Assembly: GCA_053919585.1 (NCBI GenBank)
Contig: CM132786.1
Origin: Euprymna scolopes
Lineage: Eukaryota
Length of the DNA: 64,000 nt
Reading direction: 5' to 3' (one strand)
Within the stretch, counting starts at the first letter, position 1. The number at the start of each line of letters is the position of its first letter. Below the pieces are notes generated by a model. It saw only the letters and a program-made list of their open reading frames with translations. It was not told where the DNA came from and searched no databases. Made by a program: the position numbers and the translations under genes. Below are positions 63,273 to 64,000 of the stretch, one piece after another.

Positions 63273-64000
63273 ATGCCACCCAAAAAAAATCAGCTCGGAA
63301 GGCGCACGAAAGCAGCCACTACTGTTAGGAACATCAGAGCAAGCCTAGACTACGATGAAGTAGAATTATTACGTTCTCGCGAAGCACAGCGCATGTCTCA
63401 GACCAGATCTTCTGAAACACTTACTCAACGGACTTATCGTTTATCTAGACATGCTGCAGCCATGGCTCAACTACGTTCTTCACAAACTGCAGAGATTCAG
63501 GCCAACCGTAGAGCAGCCAATGCTGCAAGTACCTCTTCTGCAAGGGCCAACGAATCTACAGAAAGGACAGCTCGGCGGAGAGCAGCTAACGCAGCCTCCA
63601 CAGCTTCAGCACGAGCTGCTGAATCTACTGAAGCGAGGGTCAGACGACTTGCCCGAGATAACACATCCAGAGCCGCCATTCGGTCATCTCAGCCACCAGA
63701 AGCTCGAAGGATACGAGTTCAGGCTGTTACTCGGAGATTTCATGCCTCTCGCGGCAACATATGCCTTCACCGGAGTTTTGGTTACGCAAAGCATTGAACT
63801 ATGACGCCAACTATGACTTCTCTACCCGGCAGGATCTTAGCATTGGTTCGATGAATTGCATATGTTCATTCTGCAAAGCTAAAAAATGGCCGGCAGAACC
63901 TCCAAGCCTATGCTGCTCTTCGGGTAAAGTTAAACTACCATCCCTACAGACTTTACCTCAACCACTGCGAGACCTACTTTTGGGCATGACTGATGAATCT
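63273..64000 (+). CDS. Helitron RepHel N-terminus (STPR-like repeats plus zinc finger), one frameshift near 63740-63790, partial
   Basis: MPPKKNQLGRRTK.. followed by 23-aa repeats. The -1 frame continues to the window end as FWLRKALNYDANYDF...IGSMNCICSFCKAKKWPAEPPSLCCSSGKVKLP..LPQPLRDLL, the typical Helitron CxxC...CC..GKV.LP motif. Confidence 0.88.

Larger units (their letters stand above)
61913..64000 (+). mobile_element. 5' part of a young autonomous-type Helitron (continues beyond the window)
   Basis: A|TC start (tctctacaattatataaa..tgtgtgtg..atgaaatttt), tandem repeats in the leader, RepHel N-terminus from 63273. Confidence 0.88.

Overview
AT-rich animal (invertebrate-like; species cannot be determined from the sequence) intergenic or intronic DNA. 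It has many (TA)n arrays, 12 short N gaps and no recognisable host protein-coding gene, tRNA or rRNA. Most of the window is decayed transposons, read by hand-translating across stops and frameshifts: mariner (DD34D), Tc1 (DD34E), TRT-like (DD37E), rosa-like (DD41D), hAT, a probable Academ, several Helitrons, Penelope-like elements (PLEs), an R4/Dong LINE, CR1 and Jockey-like LINE pieces, and a Ty3/Gypsy. Two elements look young. The first is a Sleeping Beauty-like Tc1 (57361-58977) whose 340-codon transposase has one premature stop. The second is the 5' part of an autonomous-type Helitron (61913 to the window end), with six 23-aa STPR-like repeats at the RepHel N-terminus and a duplicated 273-bp leader unit that carries a perfect RFX X-box. 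The window also has several local inverted duplications, mostly PLE-linked, including a back-to-back pair of minimal hammerhead ribozyme motifs. Percent identities are eye estimates and fossil boundaries are approximate. I found no clearly new biological system; the best leads are the Helitron X-box/STPR module and the hammerhead foldback.
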